A stretch of DNA of 64,000 bases from positions 5,042,008 through 5,106,007 of the forward strand of contig NW_002060943.1 in the NCBI RefSeq assembly GCF_000150275.1, written 5' to 3'. Position 1 is the stretch's first letter. Each line of letters begins with the position of its first letter. The stretch is from Trichoplax adhaerens (lineage: Eukaryota; Animalia; Placozoa). A program made the position numbers and the translations under genes. Below, piece after piece: positions 1-18,553 of this stretch. A model generated the notes under the pieces. That model was given only the letters and a program-made list of their open reading frames with translations, was not told where the DNA came from and ran no database searches.

Positions 1-202
1 CTAAGATTCTAATAGGCGAATACTTATATGGCCAAAAATAATCACAATAGGTCCAATTTAATTTACATCAATACTAAATTAAGGAACTTTACGGTTTATA
101 CCAGAAGTGGTGTGCAATATAGTTTATTATAAGCCTGCTTCACAAACATTCACATTACTTTTGTTCAAAATGGATCAAAACTTCATCTTTTATGACATTG
201 TA

Positions 203-6095
<5,893 letters not shown>

Positions 6096-8431
6096 TTATC
6101 CAAGGAATTGCGTCGATTTATATTTACCAAGCTAAATTAAATGTTATATTTTAAAGGAAAAAATTAGAATGCTAAAAATGTTTTATAATCAACATAATAT
6201 CACGAAAATATCAACACGGTTTATTCTGATTCGCTCTTATAATCATCATCTTACGATCGAATTAGTGAAAACTGATGGGAAAGTAGCAGTAAATAACATA
6301 ATATAAGTTCTAGGCTAAAATTTGTATGATAATGCTATTCTATCGAGCATTCTCTCAGATACTAATTAAATTCCGAATAGACTTTTCTTACAATAATTTC
6401 ATTCGACAGAAAAACATCAATTTCTTCAATTGTTGCAGACATTTTTGAGATTATGTGGCTACCATAATATACGGTATTTTACTAGACTCCAAAATAAAGT
6501 ATCTCAACGACGCTAGTTTGTAAGTTAGAAATTATTTTTCTAACGGTAAACATTAAGTACGATGTTACCCCTCAAACTACAGTTTCATAATCGTAAGCAT
6601 AAAAAAGAAAACCTTGAAAATACTTTTAGTTTAAGGTATGGTTGATACATCAAAACGTGCGAGTGATTCCATGTTAGTGTAAATAAATGAGTAGCATATT
6701 TTAAGAAAGCAACTAAAAATTTATCATTGTTAAAATTGACTCTTTAAGGTTTTTAAAGCTATCAAAATGCTCTGCTTAAATACGACAGGATTCATCTTCA
6801 TACACAGTAGAATATCTAATTGCAAGTTTCTCCCTGTCCTTTCCATTATTTGGCATAATTTTTAAATGAATTGTAGAACCGGTACAAATAGAAATAACTC
6901 ATTTTATTTCTACAGCTCTGACTGAATTATTGAGAGTAAGGATGTATTAAATATCAGTACTGTACGATTAAATATCTCAGCAACATAGTATAGTTTTCTA
7001 TAGAAGGGTCGAGTTGTGTTCACGAGAAGATAATAAGTTTCCTTAACTATCGTTTGCCATTGGAACAAGATAATTTATAGTTTAGGATATTCGCGTTATA
7101 ACCAGAACCTTCTTTATGAATAAAATATAAAACGTGGTAGGTTGCTATACAGCAAGGGAATTGATACATTCCTTAACGTTTTTATCGTTGAATAACTGTA
7201 TTACTAAATTATTATCATCTCTTTATTTGATCAAATCATTTAATTTAAAGCATAGATTTACTGAAATAAGGTTCATATACGTCTATCCGCATATTTATTA
7301 AAGTAAGGCCAATAATATTTAAGAACGGTTATAAAATTGATGAAGACATCCACTGTACGTGCCGTGCCTTAGAAGATATAGTAGCCTAAGCAAGACGAAG
7401 AAACTGTTTTTTTCATCGATACTATTTCCGAGAGATATTTTAACATCATTAAAAAATTAATAAAGTTCACGTAGAATAGAAAACTAAAAAACGAAAATTA
7501 TGTAATAGACATGCTTTAGAATTGATATATTTCCTAATTTTGATGATTCTATCAATAATCTCAAAGTATTCTGCCGTTATCAACTGTATCTAGGTGTTGA
7601 TAGCGCTGCACATTATGTGTATATACATATGACAATTATGGCAGCGTTGCTAACTTACCTAATTTGTAGGTTGTTAGGAGAAGACGGCGATGATAAAATA
7701 AGTAATTTAGCAAGAAAATTTGCTATTGGGGATAGAAATCTTCAATTTTCATTTGGAGTTAATATTAAGTAGTAATAATTATCAATATCACGTTCTAAAC
7801 CATGGCCGTCTCCGGACACAAATTGCTATGGAGATAGTAACAGTGAAAAAAATGACGATGAAGTTAATGTTGTTCCTTTTTCCCCCTCTTTGATTATTGT
7901 ATTAAGCGGTGATGATTGTGTTTTCAAGCTTATTTTATATAGTTACAAATATAACATATGAATCATAGGCATACTTTCTATACAAATACTTGCAAGCCAG
8001 CAGCATCCATCGACAATACGTTGCCCTGATCAAAAACCCTTATTGAATTTTTATTAACCTCTAACTTTAGTATATTAACAATATTGTTCTTAAAAAATAA
8101 TAGATCGCCTTGAGATTATTGTTACATGACTAGCCTTGGGTATACTATTAACAGAAAATGAATAACAATTAAATGTACAAAAAACATAATTTTCGACACG
8201 ACACTGGTAGACAATCTTCTCCGTTCAATCAAAATTGAGATAAGCTCATTTTAGGTACACAAACATCAAACTAGGCGTACTATACTATAATGAGAATGTC
8301 AATCAAGATAGGAAATAATATCCTTCAATAATAACTACTATAAAAGCAACTAATAGCCCATTCAACTACGCTAACAGATTGACAGATCGCTGAAGGGAGT
8401 TACTTTATCATCATTTGTCACGCAGCTGTTA

Positions 8432-8445
8432 GTTGTCATAGAAAC
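8432..8445. promoter_or_regulatory. Putative RFX X-box upstream of the CDKL1 gene
   Basis: GTTGTCATAGAAAC fits the X-box consensus GTHNYYATRRNAAC; TGTTAGTTGTCATAG is repeated ~97 bp downstream (8524). It lies upstream of a likely 5'UTR donor (AG|GTAAGT on minus, 7659/7658). Confidence 0.45.
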
Positions 8446-9917
8446 ACAACTATTTCGTCAAACAAATTCAAAACGCCTATTCTTCCTTCCTGTTTGATTG
8501 TTAAAAAGTTCGTTATCAAGGTATGTTAGTTGTCATAGTTCTTGGTTATAAAATACTGTACCATCTCATCCTTCTGATTGCTCTATCGTCCAAAGACCAG
8601 TATGCAGTTGTACAGAATACAAGTGCTATACTAGTGGTTAAAGATTGGGCACTCTTGATCAATAATCACTCATAGGTGTATAGTGTAGAATATCAAGAAT
8701 TTCAGTCATCTTAGATAATTTAGTGCTTTCCATTCTATTCGATCACATTTCCTATCAATACATTATCGATTTCATCTCGTAAATGTCGTCTTAAAATCTA
8801 TTAATTCACATCCCGCTAAAATTAATAACTAATTGATTGATTTGATGAAATAATTTGCAGTATTAAAAGAAAATAGCAATTAATGCCATGAAATATGATC
8901 GACCCCTAAGGTGAACTACTATGCCACTTTATTATATAGGATCTGTAACAATAGAGTACATGTATTGATATTTATTCACAGTTTTTTATTTTATACTTCA
9001 ATTAAAGAGGCTTTGTTGAATTAAAACTTTCCAGATTTGCTGCGGTAGATTTCATACAGAAATCTGAATGACTATCTTACAATATAGAATATATCCCAAG
9101 AATTAGCGCTATTGCTTTCCATTTGCTGTATGCATGAGTATCGCAAATTAGCTAACTACAAAATTACTCTAATATTGAGATTATCGATCCTATTAATCCT
9201 ATCGTCTAATTAAGTTATCGGTGATATACAAAACCATAGTGGAAAAGGCTGTCCCTATCTCTGCCACTACCATTTCATCCTAGGTGATACAGATATATGC
9301 AATATCATTTTATTACTAGTACAGTTAGTTAAATGGCCAGTATGGGCTAGATTCAGGACAGTATTATCTCTTTTACCTTAATTAATCAAGCACCATGGTA
9401 AAACTTCTACATATACTATACAACTAGCGAATCTCGCAAATGGATTACCAACTAATATTAATTTGCACTATATCCTTGCTGCCAAAACTATGGATGATAC
9501 ATTATCAATTTCAATACTATCCATACTCTGTACAAACTGTATTTTATTACAGTACCATTTCATCTTCCAATATAAATATCTTAAGAGGTCTAAGCATTAC
9601 TTATATTTGACTGATACAATAAATGTCGCTTGTATGATTACCGGTAAATGAAATTAATCCACATTAAATACTGCTGATTTATTCTGCAATGCCATTGAGT
9701 ACTCATTTTATACTTCATAGGACTATTGCAATCATTTAATACCTTGCCTGCTAATTTTAGGGGTACAATATTAGTAAATTTAATCTAAAATAACCATCGC
9801 TCGGTGTTTATTACGGTAAAAACAAATTTTGGTATAATAACCATAGTGTTATCGAAGTTGCTTATTAAGTATACGTAGCAGGCCATTTTATAATGTTCAA
9901 ATGTTACTACTACCTGT

Positions 9918-10197
9918 TACTGTGGCTGAGAAGGGCCACTGTACTTTGTAAAGCGTGAGCGCACTACAATTCATGTGTGTGTACCAGAAAGTCTTTGCAC
10001 GTACTACAAATCATGTGTGCACCAGAAAGTCTTTGCGCGTACTGCATATATATGCGTGTACCAGGAAGTCTTTTGCACTTACTGGAAATCCTGTGCATGT
10101 GCCAGAAAGTCTACGTGCAAAGACTTTCTGATCCACACAGATAATTTGTAGTACGCATACGTTTTACAAAGTACAGTGGCCCTTCTCGGCCATCGTA
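9918..10197. mobile_element. Non-autonomous TIR DNA transposon (MITE), 280 bp, 6-bp TSD
   Basis: Imperfect terminal inverted repeats of ~50+ bp (TACTGTGGCTGAGAAGGGCCACTGTACTTTGTAAA ... TTTACAAAGTACAGTGGCCCTTCTCGGCCATCGTA), flanked by ACCTGT at 9912-9917 and 10198-10203; internal ~38-40 bp subterminal repeats containing CCAGAAAGTCT. Confidence 0.8.
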
Positions 10198-13100
10198 ACC
10201 TGTCAGTCTATTACAACATAGAAAATAGCGTATAATAAATTTTTCGTATAGTGAAGTTAAATCGAATTACTTCTTGATTATAGGCTAGCTTATGCTCGTA
10301 TAGTCAAATAGTAGCAATTTACACTTTCAATTAGAAAGTTTACAACTTTGGTAAGGGATATTTTAATCAGCGAACCTAGACTAATTTAATAGCACAGGAA
10401 CTATAAACAATACTACCTATTAAATTCCGAGTCTTCATTAACAGAATACTATTTTATACTCTTAATTAATTCAATATTCTATGTTTAAGAAATTTTTAAA
10501 ATATCAATTAACATCCACTGTTTTGCAGAAATTTAATTAATTAATAAATCCCCAATTTATAGAATACAGTAGTACCATATTGCACCTTTGTAATGAACAG
10601 GTTTGTAACCCCTAGGTTATCAATCCGCTAACTTGAAATTTGAGTTATTAAAATAGAGCAAATCTCTCTAATATGGCACAAATATTTGTTATTCTGGCTT
10701 ACAAAGAATGCATTAAAGCATTACACTGATTAATAACGGCTCGCATATAATCATAAATTTTATCTAAGCTAAATTCAAGTGAACATACCAGTATACTGTA
10801 ATACTCTAGACAAATACAATATTCAATGCATCATTATTAAGACTAAAACAAGTCAAGAAAATGCGAGTGTAATAGATGTCTCAAAAGTAAGGTGACAAGA
10901 CTTGGATTTCTTGCCAAACTTCCCTGTACTTTATGAATCAGTTCTACCAAAGACTATCATCTCTTCGCAGCGCCGTAATTCAGTAACGTATAGGGTAAAT
11001 AATAGATGTTTGCACAATTTTAGTCATGTTCGGCGCACACGAAATTATTTATATAAAAAGTTAATATAGCTTAATATGCCGATTGGCTATAGCTACAGTA
11101 AGGCATACGGTGTAAAGAATTCTAACGAGTAGAGAACTAATAACAGCCAATTAGCGCTCTGTTGCTCAGCGCTATGCAAAAATAAAGGCTTGTAGGCGAA
11201 GTGCACCCTGAACCTACAATATAATCTACGATTTCACTTACACTACCACAGTACAATACAGTATAGTAACAAAAAAAATTATCAATCACTGAATGTGCTT
11301 TATGTAGCTACAGAAAGAGTAGCAGTCAGGTTCAAGTAAAAAAAAGTTTATGTAAAGCAAAGCATTTATTATAGGGTTCAACCTTTTAACTCTGTATCCT
11401 TATTTGTTACCGCTAATTAGCAGTAGTAGCACGAAGATGCACCATACACATTGTAAAGGAAATTATATGATTGTACACTGTCGATGTATTCCCATACATG
11501 CATATATACAGTATTACAAATTCAAATCCCTACACGATTACACCAAAGCACACGTTCTTATTTACTCAAATTATAAAAAAATTACAATCCGTATCAAGAG
11601 TTACGCCTGCTCAAAATTGTTATTGATGGAGAATACCTAAAATTATTCGTTCCATGTAATACGAGCACGTCGATATCGCTTCTACATTACAACGTAACAA
11701 ATCACGATCCCGCTATGACTTCATGTAAATGATTTATTAATAAAAAATTGCTCAACTTTCACCTGATATTGAATCCTGTACGAGCAAACAATCATCACTC
11801 AAAATATCACCAATATACCGCTACCATCACAAAGAGACGGATAATTTCTTAATCCTTTGCATGCGTGTATCTGGTGGCCTTTCTTTCATTCATTCGTTCG
11901 TAATCTACGAAAGCTGCAACTTGTAGTTACATCTCTATTTACGCTAGTCGACCTTTACTCGAATAACATCTAGTAATACCTGAGACCCTTATTCAACTTC
12001 GAACAAAGTTAAATCCCAAACAATAACACGAATAGTAATATTTTGATTTCATTTTAATTACTACATACAGTAATTAAACTCTTCAAAAATACTGTCGATG
12101 AAACGATAGATCAATGTAGAATAAATAACAAATATGTGACAGCGCACCACCTTATAAAGTACCAATATTAAGGAAGGCTGAATCGAGTGAGAGTGATACA
12201 GACCAACACTGGTCATGCTTGACGCATAAAGGCCAAATGCTGCGCTTATGTATTATACACTATACACAACGAATCATGTTTCATTTCTGGCTCATTTCAA
12301 GTTTTAACCGGACTATCCATGTTACTACACTGTAATGTTAAGACGTGACTATGTACTGAGTAGAACATCAATCTATATTATCAGTATTATTCAAACTCTT
12401 CTTTCGCATGTCATAGTGTACGGATTCGATTAGTACTGTATAAAATTGTAACAATATGTACACATTGCCATTTAATATAGGAATTATTATTGAGCATATG
12501 CAGATATGAGATTCCAAATTTGTTTCCAGGTATAGTATTGTAATAGTTATCATATTTACATAAAAATATAAGAAGGAGTACAGTTTCTTCTAATGTTCGT
12601 TTTTTCAATAGAACGGTAATTATATTTAGATATACACAATGTAAACCCGTACAGCATTCAATATGTAACCACTACCTACTGAAATACTACACACATAAAC
12701 TATACGTACATATACAGCAATTAACTGTACCCATAAATTGCAGCTATCTAAAGTTGTAAATCATGCAATTACTCATTATCATCGACTTACTGCTAGCTAA
12801 ATAGTGGCAATTTTACAGTATTCAAGTAGAACATCTACAGTACCTCCAGAGTCAATCATTCTATCAACAAATATTTAACATGCTTACTCTGCAGTCCTCT
12901 ATTTTGGAAATAATTACATATCCACCTACCTGCATAAAATGTAGTACTGTACTACGCGGATTCATTAGAATACAGGGACTGTATAACAATATACTATTAG
13001 GATAAGAAATCTGCAACGAAAAAACTACTCAGAACAATATCACTGACATTGACCAGCGGACTAAACATTATTTTATTTACATCGCTCAACTACTGCGACA

Positions 13101-13915
13101 AAAGAACTTTCGGTGTCTTTTATGACTGCTACAACGAATTAGTTGATACACAGAATTAATTACTATGCTATCATCAGATTACTACAACTGATAAAAATGA
13201 ATCCATTAAGACTAGCATTCCTATCTCTAATTTTTTCAAGGAGCACGTAAATAGCACTTCTACCTACATATGTATGTTATGTTATCATTTACAAACTAGA
13301 TACTAAGATACAAAATCCTTAACAATACAACCTATCACCGAACAACACAGAATACTATTGTTAATCAGTTACAGTATCAAGCTTTAAAATAACGCAATTA
13401 AATACTAACAATCTTTAGATATATCAGTACGTAATACAAACAAATGCTTAATCCTGTCGTATAATAATTAGCCGCTAAATCATCTACAAGACTCATAAAC
13501 TTTAACAAAATGCTATATTAAAGACTAAATTAAGACTTGCATTGATACAGACAATAATGCAAACAGTGACGTCGAATATTGTATCTTGCATTTGCAGTAT
13601 TATGGTATTGTACAGCACTGACGGCAACTTGATACTTCATCCAAGAGCAACTATAAAAATTATCATTCGCCAGTATAAACTATCGGGACCAGCTCCTATT
13701 GTGACTATCCGCTAGTTTTAACTTTGTCTTGACTCAAGGCTAATGTTGGGTACTTACACTACGTGACTTGTTGCGACGTTAAAACTGCACTAAACTCCTA
13801 ATGGTATAATGCAACATGGATATCATTAAAATAATGCAGCTTTTCAAGACGAAAATTACAGTACCTGTTACCGATGCTATCTCCTACAAATTAAAAGATT
13901 TATATCTAAACTTTG

Positions 13916-13937
13916 CACACACACACACACACACACA
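13916..13937. repeat. (CA)n microsatellite
   Basis: About 11 CA units. Confidence 0.9.
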
Positions 13938-14475
13938 TAAACATACCCACTACAGTATTTATAAACTACAAGATAAAAACATGTTTACATGAAAATAGTA
14001 TCTCGATACACTAAATAGCTACAGCATTATTCACTATCTGCCATGATACACACGACAACGCCTGCTTCAAATACTAAATATAGTACAGCGATATCAAATT
14101 TCATTCATAGGGATTAAAGTAAATCACTAATTCAGCTGTATCTAGACTACAACAAATAGTATTCAATCTTACTACTTACTATGCAAGCGCAGTTTTAACT
14201 TCCTAGTACGACAGTAAAGAAAATAAAAATAAACTACACTTTTAGTATCGTCTCAATCACAATTTTACAACCAATTGTAATAAAATAGTAACCTGCAAGA
14301 CTACGGAAATATAATGACTTGATAGTGCATACATGATTATTATTATTATAGCTCAATAGAACTACACTATTGATATTAATTCCATGAATAGTACCGTGAA
14401 TACAAATTTTACAGTTAATACAACATGAGTCAATTCAACTTCATTCAGCAAATGAACTTACTTGTGATTTTCTAG

Positions 14476-16987
14476 TTAATGATACGGATGATAACGTCTG
14501 TCACGGTTAAAACCACGTGTTGGTCCATAAGTATTAGTCATGCCCATATAATTATTGCTTGATGTGGAATAATCATCGTAATTTCCATAAGTATATGGAG
14601 TATAGGGTGGATATGACGGGTGCTGGCCATATCGTGGAGTTGAAAATTGTGGAGCCATACCTCCACTTCCTCCACTTCCTCCGCCGCCGCCGCCACCGCG
14701 GCCGCTGGGATATCGATTTCCACCACCACCCCTTGGTTGTGAAGATCCTCTTCCGCCACGAAGAGCACGATAATCGACCTTTGGTTCGGCCTTTTTGACT
14801 TGAGCCATTTTACCATTGATCTCATGCATTTTCGTAACAAGTGCTTTTTGCGCACCTTCTGGAGTATCGAAAGAAACAAAGCCAAAACCACGTAATCGGC
14901 CTATATCAGCACAAAGAATAAAATTAGCTATGAATTCTCAACAGTTCATATCAAGGTGTAACTAGAGTGTATCTTAAGGTTAATTGCAATATATAGTGTA
15001 CAGTAGTTGACGCAGACATCATTTTCAAAAGTATCCACAGTAGGTATTGAATGTAGTATGTTGGTTATGCAACATCATAATCATTACGGCGTGCAAATTA
15101 ATCTAATCGATTACCCAACAACTAACTCTATATAAGGAAGGCTACAATTAAGAAACTCACCAGTCTCCTTATCTCTCAGCAGTTCAACCTCACTGACAAC
15201 TCCATACTTTCCAAAATATATCTTTAAGTCTTCATCACTAGTATTAGGAGGCAATCCGCCAATAAAAATTTTTTTCGTTCTAGTTTGCTCTCTCGGCACA
15301 GATCGCTTCGGCTCGACCTGCTTTCCGTCGATAACATGTGTTGCATGCAATAGTGCCTTATCAATGTCACTTACATTTCTGTATATTATGAAACCAAACC
15401 CCCGAGATCGCTTCGTTACTAATATTGAAGGCAACACAAACAATACGGTTAGTATTTGAAGTATTAAAAAGCATTGGATACTGCGTATTAATATTATGCT
15501 AGGGACTATCACACTTGACGTAGAATAATAACTTGATCTTTTTCAACAGACTAGACATTCAATTACCTGGATCACGTAGGATGATACAATTTACAACTTC
15601 GCCAAACTTTTCAAAATGTTCCCTAAATCTCTCTTCCGTAGTTTCCCAACTTAGACCACCGACGAATAACTTTCTTTCCTCGAGATTATTGGCATCACCA
15701 GTTTCTATACTAGCATTACCCTTTTCTGAGGAAGCTTGGTCTTCTGCCTTATCTGTATCGCCAGCTACATTGCCCAGATCGTCTCTGGCACCCTCATAAT
15801 TATACCCTTCATCGGACTATCAATTCATAAATGATCCAATATTAATTTCATCATAAATATGCGTCAAAATGCAGTTGCATGGCGACGATTGGACAGTGCG
15901 CAGGCGTTAGCCTTGACCGTATTGTGTACAGTACGTCTAGTATTGTTTCCTGCAGAAACAATACTAGAGCGAAAATAAAAAATTCGGCAAGTGGTCCTGG
16001 CGCGCATACAATACCCCATTTTGCATACTACTGTAGAGTATATAACCATTGGAAATGTTTCTACTGCCATCCAGTATATTTTCTATTGATGGTAACGACG
16101 GTACGGTATGTACTGTAGCGTACAGTACATACCACTGTACTCTGGTACAGTAGTGTACAGCAGACTGTACCTTTGCATCCTACTATCCGTACTGCAGCGT
16201 AGAGCTGCAACGAACGTTTAGTAGCGAAAGCATCACGCGCCAAGTAACGTGGTTGGCGAAGGTTCAGTTGACAATGATACTGACTTCGCCTTTCAGCCAT
16301 AATGCATTGTTATAGCTTGGGATTCATGTTCGATACAGTATATCGATACAGTATAGCATTGGACAGGCATCGTTTTTTGAAGATAATTTGCAGGGTGCCC
16401 CCAATTCCAACGTTAATAAATAGCATTCTCGCATTCAATTCCTTTTCAAGATTTAGATTTTGTGATAGTCTAATAACTTAACTGTAGCACTGAATGTACT
16501 GTTATAGATCATCTTGACTACTATTCTATCACATAAAGTTTAGCTAAATTGACTTATCATGAATACCATTTAAGAATTGCACGTTTTAAAATGCTGAAAA
16601 ACGTTGACGAATTGATCAATGCACGCTCTACTTTGAGTACTACTGACTTTCTTCTTCATAAATCATGAGTACATCATTATTTTTACAGGACTTATTGCAA
16701 AAAGAAATGAAAGTGTGCCTCGAGGAATAACTTTGAGCGAAATTCGGTATGGTAAAGTTGGAATTGGATGTCAGTTTTTAACGTGCTCCTTTTGTCCGAG
16801 GATATTTTCAAGTGCATGCTTTAGTTATCAGTAGAAACTTACGATAGCACAAAGGGTCAAAAAATTCAATAAAAATCAATTCTATCCGTTTGATATGAAA
16901 AATTGGGACTTTTTACTCCAACAAACTTACCCTGCCATACTCTTCTTGAGCTTCTTCATCGTTAAGGAGTACTTCTTCGTCAGCCAT
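14476..16987 (-). CDS. hnRNP A/B/D - DAZAP1/Musashi-family RNA-binding protein (2 RRMs, RGG/Gly-Tyr-rich tail), ~329 aa
   Basis: Exons (minus): 16987-16931, 15816-15567, 15418-15161, 14900-14476. RRM1 KLFVGGLSWETT...RSRGFGF; RRM2 KIFIGGLPP...RLRGFGFVSF; RGG and poly-Gly; C-terminal RRYHPYH (PY-NLS-like). Exact orthology is unresolved. Confidence 0.88.
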
Positions 16988-17098
16988 CTTTTTGCTAGGA
17001 TCAGGAAGTTGATCAGCCACAAACTACGTGTATGAACGGTTACGGTAAAAAGCGACGATTCGAAATAAACGAAAGATTATGATAATTCAGCAATTGCC

Positions 17099-17615
17099 AC
17101 AGTATGACACAGTCCACAGTACTGTAGAATGGTTAATATTGTACTGTACGCCGCCGTTCGGACAGTGTGAGTGTACAGTGTACAGTACACTGTACCGTGA
17201 TCTAGCGTATGCAGTACTCAAAAATGAAGTACTGTACAGTACTGTACAGTACTGTAATGTCAAAACTTACAGTACTGTACACTGTACACTGTACTGTACA
17301 GTACTGTACAATAGGATGCTGATACTGTACGGCCATTTATGTGAGCAGTACAATACAATACAGTACATACAGTATACTGTACAGTGTACAGTACTGTAAG
17401 TTTGACATTGCCTGATTTTTTTAGTACTGTACACTGTACTGTACAGTCCAGAAACGGCGTTCCTACATTTTCATTTTATTTGTGCTAGATGTCTTGCAGG
17501 AACCCATTGAAAAACTTTTACCTAAAAACAGGACAAAATACTGTACACTGTACTGTATTCTGTATAGCACAGAGAGTTAGTACAGCACCGTAACTCTATA
17601 GTCTCTCTACAATAC
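17099..17615. promoter_or_regulatory. Dense TACAG/CTGTA palindromic repeat cluster immediately upstream of the hnRNP gene
   Basis: Many copies of TACAGTACTGTA / ACTGTACAGT starting ~110 bp upstream of the ATG at 16987; the regulatory role is inferred from position only. Confidence 0.55.
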
Positions 17616-18553
17616 TGTCCATTTCTGGCACTAAAAAAGGGCCTCTCCAAGTTCCTGCTTGCTGATTCAGTACAGTGTGGAGGTCTGCCGTGCGGTATGA
17701 TCGATTTATCGTATACCCATTTCTTAGGATAGGCGATCGCCATTACTAACTTTAAATGCTGCTAATCACTGACACTCTATTCACTAGCAAAATACCGCGT
17801 GGGTAGAAGTGTGGAAGGAACGAGAAATTGACGCAAGACATATTCAGAACAGCTCCTAATCATGATATTGAAAACTTATTACTGTAGAATTGAATATGCT
17901 TGAATCACTCAATCATATCATATACTGTAGGATTAGAATGCAATACCAGATACTGGATGGTGATATCCAGTGATATCCAACTAACTGTAAATTGAAAACG
18001 ACGTATGATACGCGTGCGTATCTATACAGTACTTAGTTACTACAGTACTGCATAGGTAATCAACGGAATCAGATGCGAAATTACACCAGTCGCCCTAGGA
18101 ATCTATAGATGTATAGCACTGGCGTACGAATGATTTATTCAAGAATAATCTTGACTAATATAGCAACTTACTGACTGGTAATGTTAGATAAAGTTACTAT
18201 TGACAAATTTCTGTAACAAAGAATGATGAAGCGGGATCAGATATCACAGAAAACATACGAGTATACATTATAAACGTAGTACTGTACAGTGTACAGCACC
18301 AGTACAGTAAGTTGATGCAAAGTACAATCAACTAAAATCTTCTACAGTGAGTGAATGGAGCCTCCTGAATGTGGATAAAGTTATTATATTATCAGAAATC
18401 TCACTAATCATTCGCACGGCATGGTGCGTGAGATGAGCTACTTTTAAAAATAAAATAGTTAAGAAACACATTGCAGAGATAATATTCATTATATTGATAA
18501 ATATTTTTTGTATTGGTTAATAAGAAAGATTTTAATAAGGCTATCAGATTTTT

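Noticed and set aside
9960-10140. CRISPR-like array of CCAGAAAGTCTTTGC repeats
   Set aside because: The spacers resemble each other, the context is eukaryotic with no cas genes, and the repeats lie within a TIR element.
14538-15799. Overlapping or antisense ORFs 14538-14891, 14559-14798 and 15533-15799
   Set aside because: Shadows of the hnRNP exons.
17079-17399. 106-aa ORF and similar Y/C/T/V-rich ORFs (16061-16300, 21481-21705, 53385-53642, 63637-63822)
   Set aside because: Translations of the TACAG/CTGTA repeats, which happen to lack stop codons.
17633-17745. U11 snRNA (plus strand starts AAAAAAGGGCCTCT, later TCTGCCGTGCGG)
   Set aside because: Lacks the U11 closing helix before a proper Sm site and the loop that pairs with U12; similarity is superficial.
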